Assembly (NCBI GenBank): GCA_001600815.1
Contig: BCKZ01000020.1
Span: forward strand, 212,831 to 276,830
Length of the DNA stretch: 64,000 nt
Direction of reading: 5' to 3'
Origin: Alloascoidea hylecoeti
Taxonomy: Eukaryota
Positions 38,322 to 51,082 of the stretch are shown piece after piece (within the stretch, counting starts at the first letter, position 1; every line of letters starts with the position of its first letter). A program made the position numbers and the translations under genes. The notes under the pieces were generated by a model. It did not search any database and had not been told where the DNA came from. It worked only from the letters and a program-made list of their open reading frames with translations.

Positions 38322-38570
38322 GTAAGATACAGGAAAATATGTTAATAAATGTCTGACAGATTTTAGAGTTCTTTGGTGTCTCGTGGAATACGCGGTAAAG
38401 ATGGTTTGTGTGGCTTTATCACACCCATGAAATTAGTGCCGATAGGACTGAAACATATACAGTCCTAGGCCTGTAACCGCCCCCGGAGGGGGGCGGATAT
38501 GAGCAATTTCCATCAGAAAGCGAATATTCTTCAACAAAATAGGCTAATCAGTTCATACATTATTTATCAG
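38322..38570 (+). ncRNA. Candidate structured RNA (snoRNA-like, unidentified) inside an intron of an apparently non-coding transcript
   Basis: TATATAAA at 38255, GTAAGA donor at 38322, GCTAAT at 38543 and CAG ending at 38570. Internal perfect stems TAGGACTG/CAGTCCTA and CCGCCCCC/GGGGGCGG. No ORF in the flanking exons. Confidence 0.45.
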
Positions 38571-41115
38571 CGCCTTTGGTAAACCGTTAGTATGTGATCG
38601 ATGTATTTTCAATTGGTTCAGCTGCTTTTTTTCCATGGCTATCACTGTACTTCTTCAAGTCCTCTTATAGATCTCTGGATTGAATGATATAAAAGTTGTT
38701 TTGAAACAATAAAGTATGCACTGTATATATATATATATATATATATATATGTTTTTGAGGGACAATTCCTGACTTAAACACTTATGATATAGGTTACTTG
38801 TGATTAATATAAAAATAATTAATTAAAAGTAATAAAGGGTTTACTGTACATGTTAATTTCGGCATTTGAATCAAAGTCTTTAGTTAGTATGTATATAGAG
38901 CTATAGAGAAAAATTATAGTAAAATTAATTACAAAACACAAACTTTCGATGATGTATCGTATAAATTAACGCTAGGGAATTATAAATGCTCAAAAAGATG
39001 GGAACCAGGGATATTAGGTGGGGGGTAAGGTAGAAAGGACATTTGGGAACTTGGATCCGGGAGGACTGAGACAGATATCGATAACACACTAGGATCTGAT
39101 CTCATATTCTCAGTCTTGCCGAATATACGTCTTTCAGGTAAGGAAAATGTGCCTAATATTAATAAGGATGTATAATTTTTGAGTTTAAGTCATATGAATG
39201 CTTCAAGACCGATTAATTAGTGGTCCAGTGTCCGATAATTGGTGCTTCACATGTCCGAATAATTAGTCCACCAAGTGCCCCATATTAAGTGAAAAGACTG
39301 TATATCAATGTCCACAACCCATATATTGATTTTTACACATCCACCCCTGTGTAGCAGTGATGAAATAATATAATATTTTTTAATTACCTATATAAAGTTA
39401 TAACTTATACAATTATAACCTATAATTCCTCCCTACTACGTTGCAATTGGAAACCTGAAACACTCCTTTGAAAAAAATTTAAAGAAATGAGAGTAAATAT
39501 TTCTAGCATCTTATATTATTATATTTTATGATCATCTGTTGACGACATATACATTTAAGTATTATAAAGTCTAGGCATGTATCTGGGTATCTAGAACTTG
39601 AATCCCACACATCCAACACAATTATGGAAAAGCCTGGTAATTTACAGGTGTTTGTGCCACTACCACAGCTGTAGGACTAGTGAATATTTATCACTCACAT
39701 CTAGACTATAATGAAAATGTAACCCACATAAGGGATGAAGCGACAATCTAGCCATGGACATGTAACTTTCTTATATGACACGGTATACGCAAATATATTT
39801 AAGAAAGAACTAATTCCATTTGCCGCTAATTTATTCACATACATTTTTAGAATTGTCATTAATTTTTGTGTTCACCATGGTTAAGAAGTGAAAGATCTAG
39901 ATTGAACCTTTGATCGTGTGTACTTATATATGGCCGTCAAGTTGCTTGATTGGGTAATTACTTGAGTTGTGGATGAACATATTATTGTATACCGGTACAC
40001 ATTTGGGATGGAGTTAAAAAAAAAAAAAAAAAAAGATCCATATTTAGCACAGTTAAATTCTCTTTAACATTTGTATATCCGGATTGAAAATGATCATTTA
40101 ATGCCGTTGGAGGTTGGTTGTGCTGGATTAAAAAAAGTGTGTAGGGAAAAGCTACAAAATGAAATCTGATTAAGTACAACGGTCACTAATTATGAACAAC
40201 GATGAGATCTAAATAAATTTTATCGGGCTGTTGGGAAAGCGTACGTGGCTCAGTTGTATTGGCAAGTTGTCACTTTTTTAATCCATATATATTCATTAAT
40301 ATTTTAACTTCGAGGTTCTATATACAAGAAGATACTTTTGCAAATGATTTAATCTAGGATAATTTACAGGTAGGGAGATCTACAGACAAAAATATCAGAG
40401 CTTCTCAACTTCAGACAAGCAAAGCTGGCTAGATATGAGAAACGAAAAAGAAAAAAAATATGTATGTAGGAAGAATTCTCTTTTTACCGAATGGGGAATA
40501 ATATGCAGGCGGATTTATGCGACGCATTAATTTTCTACCAGTATAGGTGTCGTTTAGAAATTCATGTTTTACCATATCCAAGTTATACTGTAGCTTCTTT
40601 TATATGGGAATTTTGCAAAGAATTGCCGCAAAACAATAGGCATTTGCTTTTAAAGGTCGACGTGGGTCCAAGTATAGAGCTAAAGGTGTCACCAATTGCA
40701 AAATAGAAAATTCTCTTCGATGGAAATCGTTAACGGTAGGAAAAAATGGTAATGAAAACGATATTTGAGCATAGAAAGAATATGTAACTGGTTTTATATA
40801 GATAAACGTCATTAAAAAGTGTGCAAAAGTGCATAATATTAACTAAATCGTAGCAGTAATTGCTTTCCCCACTAAGGTAATTATAACAATAAACTGCTTT
40901 GGACTTTTATTTGAAAAGATCAAGTTACGTTACATAATGTTAATCGATGATGAGTCGTACACATATAATCCAAAAGCTTCCCTAACGAAATCATTGTCGG
41001 GGTTTTCTAAACAAAAACATGTAAATTTATATATTAGGCATATCAAAGCATATTTACAATCATTAAAAGCTATAAGTTTATATAAATAGCAGATAAATTA
41101 GGTTTTTAATACTGT

Positions 41116-43476
41116 TTACCAAGTTGAGGGACCAAAAGAGTCACCATCTTTCAAAACAATTTGAATTGCAGTATCTAGTGAATCCATTGTACCTGATACT
41201 ACATCATTACCCCACCATGATGGGAAATCAGTATTGGTTAAAGAAAGACATAAAAATATAAGTAAACTTGATAAAGTAAGTCCCAGATCAAGTCCAGCAG
41301 ATAAAGAGTAGTTATATTTTGTCCACCACGATAACCATTTTCTTTTAATCCAAAAACCAAAGATGAAACCAACTATACAATAAGTACTATAGTTATAAGT
41401 AGTAGCAGGTGGAATCATACCAGTACCCGAGAAGAAGATAGGCCAATTTATGTACTTAATAAAGCACCTTGGCCATTTCCAGAGAATCAACCAACTTACT
41501 ATTGGAGCTATAGCACCAACAAAAAAGAACCAAAGCAATTTTCCAAATTGCTTTCCAGGAGAATACATTCTACCAGGACCAATTACACCCCAAATTACCG
41601 AAGCATTGAAAAACACTCTACCATTTGGACAAGTAAAATGTGAATGTTGTTGGCTATCACAAATATTTTCAAAGGCACCTTGAACCCATTTCATTGTTGC
41701 AACTTGCACAATAGCCCCCCAAACACATGCAATACCTTGTGCCCAGAAAAGAGTACGAGGTGCAATCTTCATATAATGTCCTAATTTCATATCCTGAGCA
41801 AAAGTTACAGCTTGACTATTAGTTATATAACCAAAAGTTTTGAAAAACATCATAGCAAAAGGTTTACCAGGAACCATATAACCAATAATAAACTCGGTAA
41901 TCACATTAAGTCCAATTGAAATATTTGTTAAAGCATAAATGATTCCAACAGGAAATAAGAAAACAATAGCAATAATTAAAGCGACAATTAATGACCATAC
42001 GGGCATTTCGGTCTGCCATGCTCTAACTGTAGCAATAGACAAAGCAAAAGACACCAAGAAAATAATTCCAAACCACCATTGAGGAACTTCTCGGTAATTT
42101 TTCATTAATCTGTTGTGAACATCCTGCTTTTCATGTCTATTCTTCCATAATATATTATAAATATCTTTCCCATGGAATAAAGCAGTATGAACGATAGTTG
42201 CAGTGATTGCAGCAAATGATAATCCATAACTTAAGGCAAATGTGGTTGAAAGATAAAGTGGAGAATATTCTTTATAAGCTTCTACATTAAATGAATAATC
42301 ATCATTTAAAATTTTAGAGACATTATATACCTCCCCGTATCTATCATATGAACTTGAGTCAGATAATGGTAAATACTTCCCATACCAAACATTCTTGTAA
42401 TGTAAAATAGGAGTGATAATCCAAAAAAATATAACTACAGAAATAAAAATCGTAGCTATCGCTGGGAATGGAGGAATTAATGGAGACCCAATATATCCTG
42501 CAATTTGATTCCAATCGAAAGTAATTGGAAGAATGCCTATACCACTTGAAACACCAAAAACTTGATTGATAATAACATCATTTGGTCTTATCCAAGTTGG
42601 GAAAGAAAAATAAGATAAAAATGTAGCAATATAGCCTGGAAACCAATACCAAATAAATGCAGAAATAAGAACAACTAGAAAGAACTTTAATCTAGATATA
42701 TGCCAACCGTTAGCAGGATGGTTCACATTTTTATGAACATTTGAAAGGAAAGTGGTAGTAACTAAATTTGTAGGCCATACCATAGAACTTGGATAAACTA
42801 AGACTTTCCTAGCCATTCCAGCAAGCGAATAGCCAATAACCTGAGTTGAAATACCTGCTACAATGTTAAATCCCCAACCAAAATTTACCCCATAAAAGTT
42901 ATTCATAGCAACAAGGATATCCGTGATGTAAGCAGCACCACCACCGAAAGAAACATTAGCCATAATTGTGACCAATGCATGTTCTTTTATATTGAAGGGG
43001 CCTGGATTTAATTCCAATCCAAAGATCTTGACATTAGGGAGCTTATCCCATAATCTACCAACGGGCCAAGCCAACATTGAACAAACTAATGTTGTAATTG
43101 TAAAAGCTGGTGAATGCATTGAAAACAATGTATTTAAAGCAGAACCAATACTACAAAAAACTAACCCCAATACCCACATTCTCAATGTATTTTGAGGAAG
43201 ACTTGGATCATCAGTACTTGGAACGGCAGCTCTTACTTCTGGAAATGGAGAATCATCAGGAATATCAGTTTGTAAATACTCATCTCCTTGCATTTGTGAA
43301 CCTTTCTTTGTACCAAAATAATTAGCAGCTTCACCGTCACTCAAGACGCTCGAAGAGTCAGTGGGCTCTTCCTGATTGAGAGTTGTCACCCTTTTTTCAT
43401 TTTTCTCATCATCTTCAAATCTTCCTGGTTCCACAGTTGGATTTGGATCCCCATTGCTGCTTTTTTGGAAAAACAT
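41116..43476 (-). CDS. Oligopeptide transporter (OPT family, Isp4/Opt-like)
   Basis: 786 aa multi-TM protein with SPFPEVRAAV, NPGPFNIKEH and DMKLGHYMKIAPR OPT signatures. Confidence 0.95.
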   Translation of the reverse strand: MFFQKSSNGDPNPTVEPGRFEDDEKNEKRVTTLNQEEPTDSSSVLSDGEAANYFGTKKGSQMQGDEYLQTDIPDDSPFPEVRAAVPSTDDPSLPQNTLRMWVLGLVFCSIGSALNTLFSMHSPAFTITTLVCSMLAWPVGRLWDKLPNVKIFGLELNPGPFNIKEHALVTIMANVSFGGGAAYITDILVAMNNFYGVNFGWGFNIVAGISTQVIGYSLAGMARKVLVYPSSMVWPTNLVTTTFLSNVHKNVNHPANGWHISRLKFFLVVLISAFIWYWFPGYIATFLSYFSFPTWIRPNDVIINQVFGVSSGIGILPITFDWNQIAGYIGSPLIPPFPAIATIFISVVIFFWIITPILHYKNVWYGKYLPLSDSSSYDRYGEVYNVSKILNDDYSFNVEAYKEYSPLYLSTTFALSYGLSFAAITATIVHTALFHGKDIYNILWKNRHEKQDVHNRLMKNYREVPQWWFGIIFLVSFALSIATVRAWQTEMPVWSLIVALIIAIVFLFPVGIIYALTNISIGLNVITEFIIGYMVPGKPFAMMFFKTFGYITNSQAVTFAQDMKLGHYMKIAPRTLFWAQGIACVWGAIVQVATMKWVQGAFENICDSQQHSHFTCPNGRVFFNASVIWGVIGPGRMYSPGKQFGKLLWFFFVGAIAPIVSWLILWKWPRCFIKYINWPIFFSGTGMIPPATTYNYSTYCIVGFIFGFWIKRKWLSWWTKYNYSLSAGLDLGLTLSSLLIFLCLSLTNTDFPSWWGNDVVSGTMDSLDTAIQIVLKDGDSFGPSTW

Positions 43477-46400
43477 TATATTTTTTTAATTTTGAACCAA
43501 GACCTTTCCCATTAAGGTATTAGGGATTAAGCAAGAGAAAGAGATGAAGATACAAAGGAAATTTCATTATATATAAACGCATTCAAATTTTCCCGTGAGT
43601 CATATATAAATATAGATAAAAATAATTTTCTTCTACTTCTACTATGATCAGCCATGATATATTCGTAATACAAGCCTCGCAGAGCTTGTTCCTAATATTA
43701 ATTAATAGAAGCTTAGTTAAGGATAATAAATATGCAGTATACTCTCATGCATAGTAGCTGCAGATAAGTTCGGAAAAGTTCATAATTGCAAGATCATGGG
43801 AGATACGTATAAGTTTACCTGATAATTATAGCAGTTATAATTAGTTATAATATTATTCCAGATACCCAATATCATGACTTAAGTTTATAAATCGATATAT
43901 CACTAGCTTATGGGATCGGGGCAGATGTAGATGTGCCTTATGGCCATAGAAAATTCTTATGTAAGCTTATATATATATATATGCATACATATCAATTGAA
44001 AATATATGTTATGATCATGATAGCGTTAACAACACCCATAAACACTATTAATATTATGATTACCAGTTGCTAAATCTTCTTAAGCTTCTAGTCGCTCCTA
44101 AAAGATATGCAGATTCCGGAATAAATCTATAATAAGATCTAGATATGAAAAGCTTTATATAATTTATAATTACCATTATGAGCAATTGATCCAGCTAAAT
44201 ATTAAAATGGTTTATTTTGCTATTACTTTGATGTTAATGATGATTTAGAAATATATTAATTATAGGTACCCGTATACTATGTACAGCCGTACTTCATCCT
44301 CGTCATGTATAGAACCACAAAAAGGCATTGCATATATATTGTCATGATAAATTAATAAATAGACATATATTTTTTGTACATGTGGGAAACAACGGCTGTA
44401 CCATATAACTTATAATTATGAATAAATTATGTGCCGTAGAGGGCACGGGAACTGCATGCATATCTACTGATCTGACACAATGGCTATTGGCCATGGCGCT
44501 AATATTGCTTTACATAGAAATAGAATTACAATTTCAAGCTTAATTATGTATAGGCTTCTACATATAGTGTATATGTTTATAAGATTGAAATAGTCAAGCA
44601 ATTTTCGTTCTTAATTATTAAAGCCGTTGTATGCAAATATTTAACATTTATACTATTTATGTGCATATGCATATGCATTATAGTGAATATATTTAAAAGT
44701 CATATAATAATTATATGGATATAAGTTTATAAAATGCATATATTCAATTAAAGCTTAAGCCATATGTGGCATTAATTTACTGCACCTCCGTCACGCCGAT
44801 TTATAGAATTACAATATAGCTCTGTGTCTACATTTGACATTGATAATGTAATGCATTATCTAATGAGCAAACAAATAATATAATAATCGATAAACTAACT
44901 GCAATGAAAAATTATTGTAAACCAATATTTATCATTGTGATATTCACGAATTCAAGTAAGTATATTAAGTTTCAATTTCCTTCTATAGGTATGACTTATA
45001 TTGATAGAAAACACCCTAATATAATACAATTACAGGCTTAAGTAGCGCTAGGTGTACTTAAGCTTTGCAATCGGAATATTTACCATATATATATATAGCT
45101 ATAGACCCAGGTCTTAGGTCATAACATGTACAAAATGAAGCATAAAACCCCCCATACAACTTATACCCTGTAGCACCTGTACATATAAAACTTATAGCTT
45201 ATAAGCTTATATTGGCAATGTCTATAAGATAAGAATGTATATTAGCATATTCGAAATAGCTGATCTAAGAATAATTGATATTATATGCCCTATAGTATTG
45301 ATAGGAAGTGCGCGGTACAGTTATACCTTAATAAGTAGTCATTAAGCTCATTAATATCATCATAGTGCCTTTCGTTTTCTATCTTCAAGGATTTCAAGAT
45401 GTCAAAAATTATCTCCTTTCAATTTAATATTTAAAAATTTAATTGTATTTGAAAACATTAAAGTAATTACGAAGTATGAGAATATTTTTCGATTTAAAAT
45501 GTATTAAACCTGGTAGCTGGCATGATGATCATTGCAATTGATGATTTTTAATCATCAATTATGTTTTATATGGCTACATATAACTACACATATAGCTATA
45601 ACGTTAAAATATATAATTATGATTTGATATGAAGACACAACAATTCCTCTAATGTGAAGACCAAATATTGGACTGATCGCGATATTAACACCAAACAAAT
45701 GTAAGTTTGAAATATAAATGGCACTAATCTACAAAAATTGGAATCTTCAATAATTACGTAAAATATTGGCCTCTAATTATTAGTACTATACTACTATAGT
45801 GCTTGTGCTGTACCTGATTGATGATATTCAATAATTATAAAGCTTGCAATCGGTGCCGATGTTAATTTTAATATTAATGTTGATATCAGTAGGTAGTTAC
45901 CTATTGAAACTACAATTGTAAAAGCTTAATCTCGGTGATTGATTAACATAATACTCGAATTGGACAACAATATTATTACCTATAAGTTTATCCTTACAGT
46001 GAAACTCGAAATTAGCAGCAACCGGCTTGAGATATTTCTTTACCGTAAACTTCCATGACGTAAAGAAACCATTAATATTGATATCGAATCGATATCGACC
46101 ATATAGGCGTAAATAATAACGAAAATTTTCAGAATATTTTAGTATAATGTAATGAATAATGTATAATATAGCTATATTTTTATGTAGACATAACATCTGA
46201 CAATTGATCAGAGTGTAGCTAGCTGATTTCCAATCATTTAAGACTAAATATTTGAAACTCATGATTTTGAGACTTTACATTTCAGATAGTACTTTATGAA
46301 AACCATATATTTGCATTAGTTTTTAGTATAACAGTGAATCAATAAGAGATTACAAAACAAAGTAGTCAGGTTCCGGTTTAAAAGACAGCCGAAATATAAC

Positions 46401-46981
46401 CAATGAGTCTACTTTTGGTGGAGTAGAAAATTTAAGGTTGGTGTGCAATTAGGAATAATTGATATCGTCAGTGAATTCATTTACTGCTAATTACAATACA
46501 TTAAGTTAATGACAAATATAAGAAATCATTCATAGATCGATCCATGCCTATTGCCTATGCATATGCAATGGGTAGATTTATAATTAGACATGTTAAAGAA
46601 AGAAAGAGCTACAAATATTGCAAGGCCTATATATAACTGAAATATCCTTCTGACACCAGATTAAAGTGCCTTAATTATTATTTTTTGTCATGAATTTGCT
46701 CTGTTAAGAGTCAATCTCAAGAGTAATATTGCACGAATTGGAAAAATACAACTTTTTTAGTGACAATTGACATATATATTTCGCAATTTTTTCACACGGT
46801 ATGTATTTCGCAGAAAATACGAACCACAAACATAACATCCTTACACTTATAATTATAGATTTCGCTTAGGTAACAAGACCAGAATACACTGTAGAGTTCT
46901 CAAATATACTTAGCTCCACGTGTTGACAAATGCCTTTATTTCATATCTGTTCGAAACTCCAACCTTTCAATAATAATAATC

Positions 46982-48353
46982 ATGACTGGCTGGACCGTTG
47001 ATCCGGATAATAAGAGAAGATTACTTGTATGTATTAATCCCTTACTTTTTATATTTTTATGCTATAACTTTAAGTCTTTTCAAAAGAAACTGGTATAAGT
47101 TTAAGTCCTTGATTATGTGAAATTATGAACTTTGGAAATTTGGGAAAATAAAAGATTATATCTAACACAATATCTGGGAAAATAGGTTCTTCAAAAAGAA
47201 GGCGCCAATAGAAAATGTATGGATTGTGGTGCGCCAAATCCACAGTGGGCTTCTCCAAAATATGGTATTTTCATTTGTCTTGAATGTGCTGGTATTCATC
47301 GGTAAGTAAAAATATCCTACTCTTGGCTTTTCTACGATGTTAAGATTATGAATATGAATCGCCTTTAATTAACCTCAAAAATCATTTTATAGAGGTCTAG
47401 GTGTTCACATCTCATTTGTCCGTTCGATTACTATGGACCAATTTAAACCAGAAGAAATGAAAAGTATGGAAATTGGTGGAAATGCAAAATGTGCAGAATT
47501 TTTCAAATCAGAGGGGCTTGATTCATCACTGGATGCAAAACATAAATATGATAATACTATTGCTGAGGATTATAAAGATAAATTAAAGGCTGAAGTTGAA
47601 GGTCGACCGTGGATAAGGAGTGATCATTCAAAACAGCAACAATCAGGATCAAATACCCCATCTTCATCTTTTGGACAGGATCCTGCGTCATCTAGAAAAG
47701 GTACTTCTTTAAGTCACCCTTCTGGTTTGAACAATACACCACAAAAGCAAAAAACTGAACAATATTTTGCAGAACTTGGAGCTAAAAATAATTCAAGACC
47801 TGATGGCTTAGCGCCTAATCAAGGTGGTAAATATGCTGGATTCGGCAGTACACCAGCTCCTCAATCAACCAATAATCAATTCAGATCGAGTGATTTATCT
47901 CTTGACCAATTTCAAAAAGATCCTTTGGGTACATTAACAAAAGGTTGGGGATTTTTTGCATCAACTGTTACAAAATCAGTTGAAGAAGTTAATGAAGCTG
48001 TTATTAAACCCGGTGTTAGGAATTTAGCCCAAAGCGATCTTGGTAATAATACAAAAAAGGCGATGATGCAGTTTGGTCAAAAAGTTCAAGAAACAAGTAG
48101 AAGTTTAATAGATGAAAGACCATATGGTGATAATAATAATTCAACTGGGAACACTAAATATTCCAAACTCTTTGATAATTTAGGATTAGAAGATAGTTCA
48201 GACTTTGACTTTTCTGGTGGTTCTAAAAAAGTTGAACCTGCTTTTGGTATACAAAGACCAGCACCAAAAACTGTATTACCAGGTTTAGGTAATACGAAAA
48301 CACACCAAAAGAAGAAAAGTGATTGGGATGAAGATAATTGGGATAATTTTTAA
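46982..48353 (+). CDS. GCS1: ARF GTPase-activating protein Gcs1; exons 46982-47026, 47186-47301 and 47393-48353
   Basis: Spliced translation is [75 protein letters not shown], with the ArfGAP CX2CX16CX2C finger, an ALPS region ([10 protein letters not shown]) and C-terminal WDNF. Confidence 0.95.
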
Positions 48354-49563
48354 AGAAGCATATATTATCTAATATGGAAATATGTTTGTGTTTTTATCGA
48401 TGTTTTGTAACATTAACTCTAATTATAAGGTCATATTTGTTAAATTTTGCTGCTTGATACATATAAAAACATATAAGTATTTATAGCTATTAATCGCTTT
48501 ATTATTTTATTATATTATATTAATATTAACATTACAATTGAAAAGTTAAACGGATGTCATTTTTAGAATGTAACTGGCCATGGACATGTGTGTCTTGAAC
48601 ATCCTTTCAGAAGTCTGTACATGTAGTGTGCTTTTTTAAGGATAGACGCCAATTGCAAATAAAATAGTGTGCTTTTAAATTTATTTGTAAGTTCACCACT
48701 ATTTATAAAAATGCCCAGAGTAGAAATGCCTTGTAGCGCTATATAATGGTCATGATTCTCTCAACTTATAATATTTACTTTTTTAATTGTTATCGTTTAA
48801 AAGGAAACTAACGTTCTCTATGATGTTTTTGATGTCGTTTGGTTTCCAAACAATAACATTCACTTTCGCCTTCATGGTAGATGATCTATCATTAATTACC
48901 TTGACATAAGCTTTAATACAACGTACACAGTTTAGTTTTTCTTGTTTGAGTTAGCCATATTGGAGGGATTAATTTCGTCAATTAAGTATTGAAGATTAAA
49001 AATTAGCTACCGGGGCGACATAAAAGTTCGCTTTTTGTTTCTGTTTTTCGTCATCTATTTTGACATATATTTTGTCATTATATGCGCCACGAGTCTGAAG
49101 GTATTTTAACTACATGGTGTAGTAAAACATTTATTGTAGAGATGCACACACAATTTGTCATATGGGTATTTCGTATTTGAATAAATAATACTCAGACTCA
49201 ATGCGACAAGACATGTCAAAAGTCAAAAGCAAAATTACATCAAATTGAAATATTAATTATATTTTAGAAATGTTTTAGGGACGTTATGATACCCTATCAG
49301 CCTAGCTATAATCCTATATTGTACTTATATAGAAAGCTGATAAATTCAGTAGGTACCATCAATGGTACGCATATATAGGTAGAAAAAAAAAAAAATTCCA
49401 ATTTCAAGGGTTTAATTAGCGAGTGTACTTTTATATTTTTATATTTCAGTTCGAAAATCCCCGCTTATAACTATATTTCAAATCGAATGTGTGTAATGTG
49501 CTATATTCAGTTACAATCTTATAATCGAGATAAGACAACAATAATAAAGCACTACCTTGTTTC

Positions 49564-50871
49564 TTATGAAGATGTATCATCTTCTTCTTGATCTGACGAA
49601 GGTGTTGGGGTAAATTGAGTATCTTTATCACGTACTCTATTAATCCAACCTTTTACATTTTGAACTAATGATTTATTTGAATCAATTTGTAAGTTTGAGT
49701 GTCTTGCACCAGTGTATGATTGAGCAAATTCTGTTGCCGGTGAAGGACAAGTTGAGAACTCGATTTCTGAATCACCATCAGCATCTTCATAATCAGTTGA
49801 ACGAGGTGAATCACCAGAATTTAAATTGTCATCATCATCATCTTCATCATTATTCTGATGATTTGGATTTAATCTTAATCGTGTTCTATTAATCATTGCT
49901 TTTTTTAATGCTTCTCTTACTTCGCTATATAAATCTTTTGGATTCGTATTTGGATTAACACCTATTTTATTTGTAAAATCATTAATATATTTTTTCAAAT
50001 CTAACTCATTCTTTTTAAACCATGAAACATTTAATTCTTTCCTGGTTGCACCACGAGCAAAATTTCTCATTAAATATTTATCATAATCTCTTATAATTTT
50101 GGTTATAATATCAGACGTAGATATACCATCTGTCCTTTGGGTTGTTAAGAACATTCCCATGTTTTTAATTGGGGCATAAATATCATCAGAATCCCCACTA
50201 CCATAAGGTATATCATCATGGGCAACATAATCAATATTATGAGTTTCTAAAAATTCAGGAGTAACACACCATGGAGCATCTGGTATAACTTCATCCACCC
50301 ATTTACAATGCTTTAACGTTTCAACTCTGTCATTATCACGTAGGACAGTTAAACCTTTCCTTTTGTGAGTTTCTGTATCATTTGGAACTCCACATATAAG
50401 TATAACATTTGGTAGAGATTTTTTAGCTTGCTCCAATTGTCTCATATGACCTAAATGAAATAAATCAAAAACACCATCTGCGTAAATACGGATTGGTCTA
50501 TCAGCAGGTGGTGGATTAAATTTATAACCTTTTGGTCTAAATTTTCTATATTTTGGATCTAATAAAGAATCATATTTTTGCTCTTTTTCATCAAATTTGA
50601 GATCTGCTTCAGAGTCAACATCAACAGGAGAATTTGCATGTTCAATTTTTAGTTTTTTCGTTTGGGGTTCATCAATAACGTTTGAATTTAGAGGGGTTGT
50701 CGATGCGATGGATTCATCGGTATGGGTATCGTTATCGTTATCATTTTTCCGTTTCTTTTGAATTAAAATATCTTCGTTGCCATCATATGACTCTCCATTT
50801 TCTCCGCCAATTGATTCATCAATCAGGATAGCTGACTTTGGTGAAGCACCCGTAGTTCTGGATTCGCTCAT
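49564..50871 (-). CDS. PCT1: Choline-phosphate cytidylyltransferase
   Basis: [36 protein letters not shown] and [29 protein letters not shown]; first ATG at 50871. Confidence 0.95.
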   Translation of the reverse strand: MSESRTTGASPKSAILIDESIGGENGESYDGNEDILIQKKRKNDNDNDTHTDESIASTTPLNSNVIDEPQTKKLKIEHANSPVDVDSEADLKFDEKEQKYDSLLDPKYRKFRPKGYKFNPPPADRPIRIYADGVFDLFHLGHMRQLEQAKKSLPNVILICGVPNDTETHKRKGLTVLRDNDRVETLKHCKWVDEVIPDAPWCVTPEFLETHNIDYVAHDDIPYGSGDSDDIYAPIKNMGMFLTTQRTDGISTSDIITKIIRDYDKYLMRNFARGATRKELNVSWFKKNELDLKKYINDFTNKIGVNPNTNPKDLYSEVREALKKAMINRTRLRLNPNHQNNDEDDDDDNLNSGDSPRSTDYEDADGDSEIEFSTCPSPATEFAQSYTGARHSNLQIDSNKSLVQNVKGWINRVRDKDTQFTPTPSSDQEEDDTSS

Positions 50872-51082
50872 ACTGATGAAAAAGGCAGGAAACAACAAAG
50901 AGATATAAAAAGGATGTCATAATAATCATAAGCATTGCTGATCACGTGTATGCACAAGGTTATCTAGACTCCTCATTTAAAGCGGCTTATTTCGATATAC
51001 TTCTTCTTTTCCTCTTCATTTCATTTATTGAAGTTGGAAATACATTTCTTTCAAATTTGGATAGACTTGATAAATATTAATA

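Noticed and set aside
38533..38549. AACAAAATAGGCTAATC resembles RNase P/MRP conserved region V
   Set aside because: There is no matching GAAAGTC region I, and the sequence is better explained as an ACA plus intron branch point.
47075..47092. Possible 18-nt micro-exon (SFQKKL) inside GCS1 intron 1
   Set aside because: The donor (GTATAA) and branch point are non-canonical, and Gcs1 aligns without it.
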